A stretch of 64,000 nt of DNA from Eledone cirrhosa. Its lineage: Eukaryota. The position numbers were made by a program, and so were the translations under genes. Positions 1 to 11,742 of the stretch are shown one piece after another (position 1 is the stretch's first letter; every line of letters starts with the position of its first letter). Where the stretch lies: positions 84,506,001 through 84,570,000 of the forward strand of contig OZ024742.1 of the NCBI GenBank assembly GCA_964016885.1, in the 5' to 3' direction. Under the pieces are notes generated by a model that saw nothing but the letters and a program-made list of their open reading frames with translations, was not told the DNA's origin and searched no databases.

Positions 1-2610
1 AACACCTAAATATTTGTATCCTTCTTCAGTGTCAATTTCCTTTATCATCTCACCTGTTGGTACCTGGATTCCGTTGCTTCTGCTCAATTTCCCCCTCTTC
101 ATCACTAGGACACCACCCTTATTAATACCAAATTTCATACATATATCATTTCTGAAAATACGGACAGTGTAGACACGTACATCCAACTCCTCACTCTTAC
201 CAAATAGTTTAAGATCGTCCATGAAGAGGAGGTGATTGATGGAAAGCTCTTCTTTTCCCAACTTGTATCCTGCTGTCACCTTTCGCAGTATAATGGTCAG
301 GGGTATCAGGGCAAGGACAAACAACAGAGGGGACAAACTATCTCCCTGGAAGAAACTTCTCTTGATCTACACGCCTCCCAAGGATTCTTCACCGGATGTT
401 AACTCTTTTTCCCAGGACTTCATACTTCTGGTCAACAACAGTCTGATGTTATCTGCCAGCTTGAAAATCTCTAGGCTTTTGGTTATCCAAGAATGAGGTA
501 CCATGTCGAATGCCTTTTTGTAGTCCATCCATCCCATGGCAAGACCAGTCTGTCTGCTCTTGAAATTCCTCATCACCATCTTATCAATAAGTAACTGGTC
601 TTTTGTACCACGGGACTTCTTTCAGCATCTTTTCTGCTAGTACGGCAACAAGTTGTTTATGTGGAGGTGATGGTAGATTTCCTCAGACACAATGCTTGTT
701 AACAGCTTCCACAATACGGACAGATAGGTTGTAGGTCTATAGTTGGTAACATCATTACCCTTGATTCGGTCTTTCATTACCAGAACTGTCGTACCTTTTG
801 TCAACCACTCTAGTGCCTCACCCGACATCAAGCAGCCATTGAACATGGTTGTCAGTTTCGGGTGGAGGGATGTTATATATGTAACCAATACCCCTGCACA
901 CCATCTGGGCCTGGTGATTTCCAGTTGGTTAGTTTTTTGGCCTGCCCTTAAGAGTTTAAACTGTGATACTCAAATCAGTTTGTTGGTGTGCCTGTTCACT
1001 AATCTCCTGTTGTACTGTTTCATTCCACACTGCCTGATCATTATGTTCAACATCCTGCTCCCATATTCCACTCCAGAATGTTTTAGTCTGTTCCGCCTCA
1101 GGGATCAAGTCGTTGCCTCTTTATCTCCCTTCAAGCTGTCCAAACAACATCTGGTTGTTGTCAAACATGCGGTTCTGTCTATACTGACTGACTCTGCTCT
1201 CATACCGCCTAATCTCTGCACTCTTTGCTACAATTCAGTTCCTCTATGATGATATTTAGCTTTTTCCTCCTAGTTTTGTACTTTATTTCCAGTCTATTTT
1301 TAGTATCTATGTTTTGTAGTGTCCCATTCAGTAGGGACACAAGCTTTCCAATGTCATTTCTCATTTCCTTGATTGGACCATTCAGTCGTTTCTTCCACCA
1401 AGGTTCTGATCTTTCTTGTTTGTTGTTTCCTCTCGTTTTTATGCCAAGTAATTTCCTCACCGCATTTGCTGTTGCATTGAGGATACTGTTGCATTGGTGA
1501 AGGTTCTTCGCCTCAAGGTATGGGATGACTTTGTTTACCTTTGCTGTTGTTTCTTTTAACTTTTTCCTGTCTACAAATCTGAGGTTCATAGGTTTCCCAC
1601 TATCATTGTTCATTTCACCTACGACTAAGTTTAGGATATCAACCAAATCTTGTCCTAGCCCGTCAGCATTATATTTCCTCAATGGCGGTATCTTTTTTCC
1701 AGATGTTATTTATTTCAGCATTCTGATCATTGTCTGCTTCCGATGCTTCCTTCGGTCTCTCAACCTCTTCACCTTCATTTCCCTCTGGCTCGTTTGCCTG
1801 GCATACTCCACTCTCCATTTCTAAGCTAATCCCTCTGCTCAGTTCCTCCAGTTCCAACTCGCTTATCCATCCATTAGTTCTTATTACCCGAGCCTGCCCT
1901 GCCAATTTTTGTTCTTCTAATTTAAATAGACCAATCTCGTTCCAAATGTTATGCATCCGTTTCCTATACCCTTTTTTATTGGGGTTACCCTTCAGGTAAC
2001 ATTCCATGACAGTTCTATTCAATTCTTTCGTCCAGTTGGTTCTTGTCCCTTTCCTTCTTCTTCTTCCTCCAACATCAGCAGTATTTGGATGACAGCCAGG
2101 TCCCTGCTGCTGGACCAGGGGGCACTTGTTGGGTGAGAGTCTGTCACATGACGTTCCAGTCTCCTCTTCACCGTTATTCGAACTGCTTAGGTTCGACATT
2201 TAAACACTCATATCGAGGATTGGTGAATGTATGGTTACATCACCATAGGTGATTTCATCACCCCCAGTTATTTTATCAACCCGGTGATTTTAGCGTGGCA
2301 CCACCACGCTGTAGACGGACATACATAAATAAACAAATAAATAGATAAACACTTAAAAAAATAAACATATGTTTCATTGTATGTTTGAATGTCTGACTTA
2401 GTTTTTTTTGTTTGTTTTTGTTTTTTTTCCTTTACGTTTTTCGTTTTTCAAGGCCAGTAACATCGGTTACTAGTGCTGTTGTTGCTGCTGTGCTGTTTTT
2501 GATTTTAGCTACGAGGGAAGTGAGGGTTGTTAGGTTCAAAACCTTTGAAATTTGTTTTTGTTGTTGGATTTATTTTTGTCTGTGTTCTGTTCTATAATCT
2601 TTCGCGTTGT
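1..2610 (-). mobile_element. R4/Dong-clade non-LTR retrotransposon, family A older subfamily, degraded; 3' part runs off the window start
   Basis: ORF pieces 1669-2199, 1209-1682, 637-888 and 367-579 align to the intact 1130-aa ORF with stops and frameshifts. The 5' leader 2200-2610 ends at a TTA tract. Confidence 0.92.
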
Positions 2611-2629
2611 TTATTATTATTGTTATTAC

Positions 2630-3299
2630 TCTTTGAGTCTCAGTCATTGATGTTAGTTAACTGGAAAGTTTAGTGAAATGAATATCAAGCCACTACCTGC
2701 AGCCTCAGATATTCAGGACGTATCGGAGGGTTCTTGCTGTTCCCAGCAAGCATGCCTTTTGAAGCGTTCAAAAAGCGTGAAGGGGCCAATTTTCTTTAAC
2801 CATCCCTGGAAACTTTTTGAGATAGTCCCTAGTGCGCCTATGACAATCGGGATCACTTTGACTTCATGGCAGTTCCAAATCCTTTTTATTTCCCACTTTA
2901 AGTCCTGGTATCGGTTAATTTTCTCCCTCTCCTTCTCTTGCACTCTCGTGTCGAATGGGCAGGCCACATCCACAATCAGGCACGATCTTTTTTCTTTGTC
3001 CAAAACCACCAGGTCAGGTCTATTGTGTTCCAGTTTCTTGTCCGTCTGTATCCTAAAATCCCACAGCACCTTCACGTGATCGTTTTCTATCACCGCCTCT
3101 GGCTTATGCTCATACCACTTCTCAGAATGTGGTAAATTGTTTACTTTGCATAGGTGCCAGTGGATTACCTGCCCATCACATCATGTCTCCAGCCCTTATA
3201 GTGAGTCTGGGCTAGGTGTTTACACTCGGATACAATGTGAGCCACAGTCTCCTCTCTCTCTCCACAGATCCTGCACAGTGGGCTAGCCTCCTCCTTGTA
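2630..3299 (-). mobile_element. 5'-truncated Dong family A copy (CCHC + RLE endonuclease + 3' UTR)
   Basis: ORF 2713-3093 (RPDLVVLDKEKRSCLIVDVACP), with the same 3' UTR as the full copy; flanked by TTA repeats. Confidence 0.95.
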
Positions 3300-3302
3300 T
3301 TA

Positions 3303-3347
<45 letters not shown>

Positions 3348-3348
<1 letters not shown>

Positions 3349-6300
3349 AGTTGCATTTATCTTGCTTTATGTTCATACGAGTTATCACCAAGTCACAACC
3401 AGTGACCTCAAGAGACAACAAGGTCCGCCATGTTCAAGAAAGAACATACATACTCACACATGCATCTTTAGTGTTTAGACTTGTGATGTACTTATATTGA
3501 CAGAATCTTCCTTAGTATATGGGCAGTTCCCATTAGTACTATCTTTTGTATTTCTCCTATACGCGGGTTTCTTGGGATTTGCGATAAGTAATCAATAGAC
3601 CCCTTAGGTATCATTCCCAGAGCGCCTACAACCACTGGTATTGTTTTAGTTCTCAATTTCCACATTTTTCCAATTTCTATCTCCAGATCCTTATACTTGC
3701 TCAATTTTTCAAATGTTTTTATAGATACATCCTTGTCTATTGGAATAGAAATATCAATTAGCAGGCATACCCTCTTTTTAAAGTCCTTCAATATTATATC
3801 AGGTCTATTTGCATCTATTTTTCGGTCTGGTTGGATGCTAAAGTTCCACAGGATTGAGATGTGATCTTTTTCAAGTATGGGAGGTGGTTGATGCTCCCAC
3901 CAATTCTTTTGATGGGGCAGGTCAAAATGCTTACACATTATCCAATGTATGTATTGTGCAGCTATGTCATGCCTGTTTAGGTATTCGGTTGGAGCTATAG
4001 GACTGCACATTGAAATTATATGGTCAATGGTCTCTGGTTGTTTTTTGCATACACGGCATAATGGGCTGCATCCATTTTTTATTATGTTGGCTTGGTAATT
4101 TTTTGTTGGCAGACACTGATCTTGTGCTGATATAATCAGTCCTTCAGTTTCCGATTTCAGTCCAGAGGATGCCAACCACTGATGGGTTAAAGTTTTGTCA
4201 ACATCAGGATTGTTAGCCCGCTCTGGTTATTTTCCATACAGAGGCTTTTCTTGCCATTTCTTAGCCAGTTTCTGTAGCAGTTCTTTCTTTGCAGTTACTT
4301 TTACCTGCTTTGCTTTTTCTGTGTTTTCCATTTCTGCAGTAAATGGGACTTCTGAAATTTGTAGTCCATTACTGTATCTTTGTGCATCTTTTGTAATGGA
4401 ATATGATCTTTTGATGCTTTCTTGTTTCCAAACGAGTTTGATCATCCAATCATGTGATTCTCTTAGATATGTACATAATCCAATTGTCGAGTGCTTGATT
4501 CCGTCTCCTTCACAAACACCTAGATATTTGTAAGTTTTTTCTTGATCAAGTTCTCTTATCACGTTCCCCCGATCAAGATTAATGTCTGAACTCTTCAGTA
4601 GCTTTCCTCTGGTGAACGTTGCTTTGGCGCATTTATCTAGTCCAAACTACATTTTAATGTCATCACTGAACTGCTCCACAGTGGATAATAGCCCTTGCAA
4701 TTGTTCATCATTTTTTGCAAATAGTTTCAGGTCATCCATGTAGAACAGGTGATTAATGGTTTTGTCATACACTTTATATCCATGTTTTGTTTCTTTGAGC
4801 ATTTTACTTAATGGTATAAGCGCGATGCAGAATAAAAGCGGTGATAAAGAGTCACCCTGAAAAATTCCACAATTAATATTAACTTCTCCAGCTTCCAGTG
4901 ATTTTGTTTCACTATTCAAAAGGAGTGTCGTTTTCCATGTCTTCATACTGAATGACAAAAACCTCCTGCAACGGGGGATATTTTGAAAATCTCTAAACAT
5001 TTTTCAATCCAACTGTGTGGCAAACTATCGAATGCTTTTTTATAATCTATCCAAGCAATCGATAGATTTTTGTGTCTATTATGACAATCTTCCAGTATCA
5101 TTTTGTTAACCAGAAGCTGATCCTTACAGCCATATGAGCCTCGTTTACACCCTTTCTGCTCAATGGGAAATAGGTCATTTGTTATCAGGTGGTCATATGT
5201 GTATTCAGTTAGGACTGATGTTATAATTTTATACATTGTGGTCAAGCAAGTTATCGGTCTGTAATTTTTGGGATTGTTTGTCTCATCATTCTTCGGAAGC
5301 AGGAATGTAATGCCGTTAACTAGCCATGATGGTATCTTTTCTGGCTCCTTAACTACTTCATTGTAAAGTTGGGCTAACAGCTCATGAGATTCTGTGAAGG
5401 CATTTATCCAAAAGTTTTGTATTTTGTCTTTTCCCGGGGATTTCCATTTGCTGGTTTTTCTTAGAGCCAAGCGCAACTGTTCAACTGTTATATTTTCCCA
5501 TATTTGTTCCTCAAGGTGCGCTGTATCTTTCATTTGTCTGTCTATCCATGGGGCATGTATGTTATGAACTTTTTCTTCGGCCCAGATCTTTTCCCAGAAT
5601 TCTTGCACTTCCTCCTTGGGTGGTATTGATTTAGCAGTTATTGTTGACTTACCAATTTTTCTGTAGAAGTTTCTTTGGTTGTTTTTGAACATACTATTGT
5701 CCTTATAGAATCTAGATCGTTTTTCAAAGCGCCTTATACGAGCAGCTTTGGCCGACACTTTTTGCTTGATTATTTCTATCAGCATGTCTATGTCACATGT
5801 TGATTTCATACTGTACTTTTTTTTTAATTTTCTAAGTTTAGTTTGTTTAACATGTTCACCTACTTTATAGTTTGTTAAAATTTCTATGTCAGATCGGAGA
5901 AGGTTTATTTGGCGATTGATGTTCTCTTGCCAAGTAGATTTCTTGTTGGAATTTCTTTGTTTTTTCATCTTCACTCCACATAAGTGAGTGGTGACTTTAG
6001 CCAATGCATAATAGAGATGATTTAAATCAGTAATGTTTAGTTTGTTTGTGATGATAATGTTTTTGAGAATTATGTTAGTCTTGTGTATTATCTTTTGGTT
6101 CTGTTTGGAGTTCTGGATCTTAGGGAGGGTGTCTCGTTGCGCCATGTCAGATTCTTTCATTTTCATCCATTCGATCATAATTTCATCCTTCAATTTGGCA
6201 AGTTTATTCTCATTCATTTCTTTATCATTTACGATCTCATTATTTTCATTTGGGGTTTCATCCTGAGCATGCACTCCCTCCACTTTTTCGATCCTTTCTT

Positions 6301-7901
6301 TAATTTGTTCTGTTGCCAGTGATTCCGCCCCAACCCTGGGGTTCGAAGTGTTACAGTTTACCTCATTTTCACTGACACATGTTTCATTTTCCCTTCGCTG
6401 ACTTTGTGCTAATAGCTTGATCTGATCAATTTCTATATCAGTTAGTAACTTTTTTCTTACAATATTTCTTCGTATATTGGCTAGTTTGTTACTGTCAATA
6501 TAGCCTGTTTTCGGGATGTTTCTTTTTCCAGTTGATATATGTCTGTTCTGTATTCGATGTATCTGATGGGTAGTACATGGCAGTGTAGAAAGCCTCAAGG
6601 ACTTCTTTATTATCTTCCCTTGACCATTTTTCTCTCTTTTTCTTTGGATTTCTTGGTGGTGAGCATGGAGGGCCAACAGTAGGAGTATTCCGGTTATGGG
6701 AGGTCTCCATTAGCTGATTTTTCGACCCCAGTCTGGTTCCTCTCTGAGGGACGCGGCCCTTTTTTACCGGGGTGACGGCCGATCCGGTATGAGATTTTAT
6801 CATTAGACATTTACTTTATTTTGTCGCGTTTTATCCTTATCCGCCAAGGGGTAATCATTTCGTGTTACCACTTCTAGAACGAGTGTCAACCAAGACTAGA
6901 GGGGTCGTTCTCCCCTAGAGACACGGCTATTCCCCGCCGGCCCCCATCCCGGTATTTCTTGGTCACGGGGTTTTCTTTTTGTTGTTTTTTTTAAATTGTT
7001 ATTATCATGAGTGGTTCCTTAATGTGAGCATTGCGTGGCTTAAGAATGAAATTATTAATAATTGTCTCCACTCCAGGCACAAGGCCAGCAATCACCCAGT
7101 GAATTACAATAATATAATATACTTTTTGCTGTAGTTGCCTGTTATTGTTGTAGGCTATGTCGGTGGTGGTGCCGGGGCTTTTTATATTGTTGGTGAGGAA
7201 GGGGTGAGCCAGCAGTCCCATAGTTGTTGATGTTGACGTTTGGCCGGTGGCCAGGTCACTAAGTCAATCTATTTATATCTTTTGCCAGCCTCTCCCTTGT
7301 CTAGTGATACCGCCACCTTCCCCTTTCTCTCTCAAGTTAACAGGGGAATAGTGGTGGTGGCAATGAAGGAGTGGTGGCGGCGGTGGCGTTGTGGTTACTG
7401 GGTTTTGTGATATGTAGTATCTATGAGTTTGTGTTCGTATGTTTAATATATATTGTGTTGACATATTCCCGTAAAATTGGGATTAAACATTTTGTTAAAA
7501 TTTGAGACAATAATAATAGTAATTATTATTATCATGCCGGGATTGATGGTGGTGGTGGTGAAATTGCCGTTATCTGGCTGTTATATTTAGTGTGATGGGA
7601 TAGGTGGTGTATCAACTTTCTGGTGTTGGTGAAATTGCTGTTATTTGGCTGTAGACAGAGGGTGTTTTCTTCCATTTATAACCATTTTCTTTTTTTGAAT
7701 ACAAAATATATAATACAAAATTGAATATTTGAGCGATATAACAATATAATATGGATCCGAAATTGTATGGGACTTCATTCGGTGGATTATGCAACATTTG
7801 TACTAAGAATTGTTATTTCACAATTGATTTAAATATGTTAAAAATCAAAAACTTACGGGAGCGATTTCATGACCTTCTACCACCTCGTGCGTCTTCTTCC
7901 C
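3348..7901 (-). mobile_element. R4/Dong-clade retrotransposon, divergent family B, near full length, frameshifted
   Basis: RT motifs (KSPGKD, YRPITCL, WIDYKKAFDS, IFQGDSLSP, FYMDDLKLF), CRVC..H....C knuckle, RHD, RPD..D..K RLE motif. 3' UTR 3348-3491 differs from family A. (TTA)n on both sides. Confidence 0.93.
3492..6810 (-). pseudogene. Disrupted RT-RLE polyprotein of Dong family B
   Basis: Split over ORFs 6495-6803, 4943-6676, 4647-5000, 4227-4562 and 3492-4175, with an apparent internal deletion near 4490. Confidence 0.9.
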
Positions 7902-7936
<35 letters not shown>

Positions 7937-7948
7937 ATTATTATTATA

Positions 7949-8014
<66 letters not shown>

Positions 8015-8015
8015 G
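7902..8015. repeat. (TTA)n microsatellite, target tract between elements
   Basis: Direct reading. Similar tracts at 3300-3347, 8242-8274, 13148-13201, 14220-14268, 17760-17816, 23702-23753, 58968-58999 and 62689-62727. Confidence 0.99.
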
Positions 8016-8016
8016 T

Positions 8017-8241
8017 TCTTTGAGTCTCAGTCATTGATGTTAGTTAACTGGAAAGTTTGTTGAAATGAATATCAAGCCACTACCTGCAGCCTCAGATATT
8101 CAGGACGTATCGGAGGGTTCTTGCTGTTCCCAGCAAGCATGCCTTTTGAAGCGTTCCAAAAAGCGTGAATGGGCCAATTTTCTTTAACCATCCCTGGAAA
8201 CCTTTTAAGATAGTCCCTAGTGCGCCTATGACAATCGGGAT
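8017..8241 (-). mobile_element. Severely 5'-truncated Dong family A copy (~225 bp)
   Basis: IPIVIGALGTI...RYVLNI C-terminus plus 3' UTR, between TTA tracts. Confidence 0.95.
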
Positions 8242-8349
8242 TATTATTATTATTATTATTATTGTTGTTGTTATTCCTTGAATCTCAGTCATTGATGTTG
8301 GTTAACTGGAAAGTCCGTTGGATTGAATATCAAGCCACTACCTGCAGCC

Positions 8350-11300
8350 TCAGATATTCAGGACGTATCGGAGGGTTCTTGCCGTTCCAAGCAAGCATGC
8401 CTTTTGAAGCGTTCCAAAAAGCGTGAAGGGGCCGATTTTCTTTAACCATCCCTGGAAACCTTTGGAGATAGTCCCCAGTGCGCCTATGACAATCGGGATC
8501 ACTTTGACTTCATGGCAGTTCCAAATCCTTTTCACCTCCCACTTTAGGTCCTGGTATCGGTTAATTTTCTCCCTCTCCTTCTCTTGCACTCTCGTGTCGA
8601 ACGGGCAGGCCACATCCACAATCAGGCACGATCTTTTTTCTTTGTCCACAACCACCAGGTCAGGTCTATTGTGTTCCAGTTTTTTGTCCGTCTGTATCCT
8701 AAAATCCCACAGCACCTTCACCTGATTGTTCTCCATCACCGCCTCTGGCCTATGCTCATACCATTTCTCAGAATGTGGTAGATTGTTTACTTTGCACAGG
8801 TGCCAGTGGATCACCCTGCCCATCACATCGTGTCTCCAGCCCTTATAGTGGGTCTGGGCTAGGTGTTTACACTCGGACACAATGTGAGCCACAGTCTCCT
8901 CCCTCTCTCCACAGATCCTGCACAGTGGGCTAGCCTCCTCCTTGTAGATATGGTGCTTCAACCACTTCGTTTTGAGGGCCTGCTCCTGCGCAGCCATTAG
9001 CATTCCTTCTGTAGCCTTTTTGAGGTCTCCTCTTCTCAACCAGTTCCATGTCTGTGGATCTCTAAATTCAGTTTTCTCAAAGAAGGTACTATGAAGGGAT
9101 TTTCCCTTAAGGCTGCTCTTCCTCCTTGATGTTATTTCCTCCTTGGGTATCCCCTGGCCTACTGTCCCCTCCTTCAGTACAGCTCTGAGCATTGGCTCCT
9201 TACTATAGGTCACGTATTTGTATAGGTTGTTTTTCTCCATCTGAACACAGTCCTCTATGCTGATAAGACCTCTTCCACCCTCAGATCTCCTTAGGTAGAG
9301 TCTATCGACATCACTCCTCTTGTGGAACATGTTGTAGATAGTCAATAGCTTCCTAGTCTTCCTATCCATTTCTTTTTGTTCAGCAACATTCCATCTCAGA
9401 ATTCCCGCACTGTACCTAATAATAGACACAGCTCGGGAATTTACTGCGCTTATGGCATTTCTGCTGTTCAGATGTGACTTCAATACGCTCCTTACTCTCC
9501 GAATGTATTCAGTTCTTAACAATTCCTTCATTTTTTTGTTCTTTATGCCATCAGCCTCCAGAACGCCCAAATACTTGTATCCTTCCTCAGAGTCAATTTC
9601 CTTTATCATCTCACCTGTTGGTATCTGGATCCCGTTACCTCTGCTCAACCTACCCCTCCTCATCACAATGACTCCACATTTACCAATACCAAACTGCATA
9701 CATATATCACTGCTGAAAATACGGACAGTGTCAACAAGCACATCCAACTCCTTCTCACTTTTCCCGAAGAGCTTAAGGTCGTCCATGAAGAGGAGGTGAT
9801 TGATGGTAAGCTCTCCCCTTCCCAACTTGTATCCTGCTCTCACTTTTCGCAGCATAATGGTCAAGGGCATCAGGGCAAGGACAAACAACAGAGGGGACAG
9901 GCTATCTCCCTGGAAGATACCTCTCTTGATCTTCACGCTTCCCAAGGACACTCCAGTTGATGTCAACTCTGTCTCCCAGGACCCCATACTCCTGCCCAGC
10001 AACTGTCTGATGTTATCTGCCACCCTGAAGATCTCCAGGCTTTTGGTGATCCAGGAATGAGGCACCATGTCAAATGCCTTTCTGTAGTCTATCCATCCCA
10101 TGGCAAGATCAGTGTGTCTCCTCCTGCAATTCCCCATTACCATCTTATCAATAAGCAACTGGTCCTTTGTACCACGTGACTTCTTTCGGCATCCTTTCTG
10201 TTCGTCCGGCAACAAGTTGTTTGTGTGGAGGTGATGGTAGATTTCCTCAGACACAATGCTCGTCAACAGTTTCCACATTACGGGCAGACATGTGATAGGT
10301 CTATAGTTGGTGACATCATTACCCTTGATTTGGTCTTTCATTATCAGAACTGTGGTACCTTTTGTCAACCACTCTGGCACCTCACCCGACACCAAGCAGT
10401 CATTGAACATGGCCGTCAGCTTCGGGTGGAGGGATGTTAGATGTTTAATCCAATACCCCTGCACACCATCTGGGCCTGGTGATTTCCAGTTGGTTAGTTT
10501 TTTGGCTTGCCCCTTAAGAGTTTCAACTGTGATACTCAAATCAGTCTGTTGCTGTGCCTGCTCACCGATCTCCCTCTGTACTGTCTCAATCCACCCTGCC
10601 TGGGCATTGTGTCTAACATCCTGCTCCCATATTCCTCTCCAGAATGTTTTAGCTTGTTCCGCCCCAGGGATCAAGTCGTTGCCTCTTTCTTTCCCCTCAA
10701 GCTGTCCAAACAGCATCTTCTGGTTGTTGTCGAACATGCGGTTCTGTTTATACTGACTGACTCTGTTCTCGTATCGCCTGATTTTGGCACTCTTTGCTAC
10801 AATGCGTTGCTTCAATTCCTCTATGATAATATTTAGCTTTTTACTCCTAGTTTTGTATTTTATTTCCAGTCTATTTTTAGTGCCTATGTTTTTTAGTGTC
10901 CCATTCAGTAGTGACTCAAGCTTTCCTATGTGATTTCTCATTTCCTCGATTTGCCCACTCAGTCGCTTCTTCCACCACGGCTCTGCTCTTTCTTGTCTGT
11001 TGTTTCCTCTCGCTTTTATACCAAGTAGTTTCCTCACCGTATTTGCTCTTGCTTTGAGGATATTGTTGCACTGGTGAAGACTCCTCGCCTCAAGGTATGG
11101 GATGACTTTGTTTACCTTAGCTGTTGTTTCTTTTAACTTTTTCCTGTCTACAAATCTTAGGTTCATAGGTCTCCCACTATCATTGTTCAACTCATCTACC
11201 ACTAAATTTAGGATGTCAACCGAATCTTGTCCTAGCCCGTCAGCATTCATCTCCTCAGTGGCCGTATCTCTGTTCCAGGTATTATTTATCTCAGTATTCA

Positions 11301-11742
11301 GATCATTGTCTGCTTCGGGTGGTTCCTCCGTTCTCAGGACCTCCTCACCTTCATTTCCCGCCGGCTCGCTTGTCTGGCATACTACACCCGCCATCTCCAA
11401 GCCATTCTCTCTGCTCAGTTCCTCCAGTTCCAGCTCGCTTATCCACCCATTAGTTCTTATTACCCGAGCCTGCCCGGCCAATTTTTGTTCATCTAATTTA
11501 AATAAACCAATCTCGTTCCAGATGTTATGCATCCGTCTCCTGTAGCCCCTCTCCTTGGGGTTACTTTTCAGGTAGCATTGCATAACAGTTCTATTCAATT
11601 CTTTCGTCCAGTTGGTTCTGGCCCCTTTCCTTCTTCTTCTTCCTCCAACATCAGCAGTATTTCGTTGACAGTCAGGTTCCTGCTGCTGAGCCAGGGGGCA
11701 CCTGTTGGGTGAGAGTCTGTCACATGACGTTCTAGTCTCCAT
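8350..11742 (-). CDS. R4/Dong-type single-ORF protein: N-terminal Myb-like region, reverse transcriptase, CCHC knuckle, PD-(D/E)xK restriction-like endonuclease (1130 aa)
   Basis: KSPGPDG, YRPITCL, QKGC, WIDYRKAFD, GIFQGDSLSP, LFMDDLKL, YKYLG, GGRGL, CRICGEREETVAHIVSEC, RHD, RPDLVVVD..IVDVACP..KINRY. Confidence 0.97.
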   Translation of the reverse strand: METRTSCDRLSPNRCPLAQQQEPDCQRNTADVGGRRRRKGARTNWTKELNRTVMQCYLKSNPKERGYRRRMHNIWNEIGLFKLDEQKLAGQARVIRTNGWISELELEELSRENGLEMAGVVCQTSEPAGNEGEEVLRTEEPPEADNDLNTEINNTWNRDTATEEMNADGLGQDSVDILNLVVDELNNDSGRPMNLRFVDRKKLKETTAKVNKVIPYLEARSLHQCNNILKARANTVRKLLGIKARGNNRQERAEPWWKKRLSGQIEEMRNHIGKLESLLNGTLKNIGTKNRLEIKYKTRSKKLNIIIEELKQRIVAKSAKIRRYENRVSQYKQNRMFDNNQKMLFGQLEGKERGNDLIPGAEQAKTFWRGIWEQDVRHNAQAGWIETVQREIGEQAQQQTDLSITVETLKGQAKKLTNWKSPGPDGVQGYWIKHLTSLHPKLTAMFNDCLVSGEVPEWLTKGTTVLIMKDQIKGNDVTNYRPITCLPVMWKLLTSIVSEEIYHHLHTNNLLPDEQKGCRKKSRGTKDQLLIDKMVMGNCRRRHTDLAMGWIDYRKAFDMVPHSWITKSLEIFRVADNIRQLLGRSMGSWETELTSTGVSLGSVKIKRGIFQGDSLSPLLFVLALMPLTIMLRKVRAGYKLGRGELTINHLLFMDDLKLFGKSEKELDVLVDTVRIFSSDICMQFGIGKCGVIVMRRGRLSRGNGIQIPTGEMIKEIDSEEGYKYLGVLEADGIKNKKMKELLRTEYIRRVRSVLKSHLNSRNAISAVNSRAVSIIRYSAGILRWNVAEQKEMDRKTRKLLTIYNMFHKRSDVDRLYLRRSEGGRGLISIEDCVQMEKNNLYKYVTYSKEPMLRAVLKEGTVGQGIPKEEITSRRKSSLKGKSLHSTFFEKTEFRDPQTWNWLRRGDLKKATEGMLMAAQEQALKTKWLKHHIYKEEASPLCRICGEREETVAHIVSECKHLAQTHYKGWRHDVMGRVIHWHLCKVNNLPHSEKWYEHRPEAVMENNQVKVLWDFRIQTDKKLEHNRPDLVVVDKEKRSCLIVDVACPFDTRVQEKEREKINRYQDLKWEVKRIWNCHEVKVIPIVIGALGTISKGFQGWLKKIGPFTLFGTLQKACLLGTARTLRYVLNI

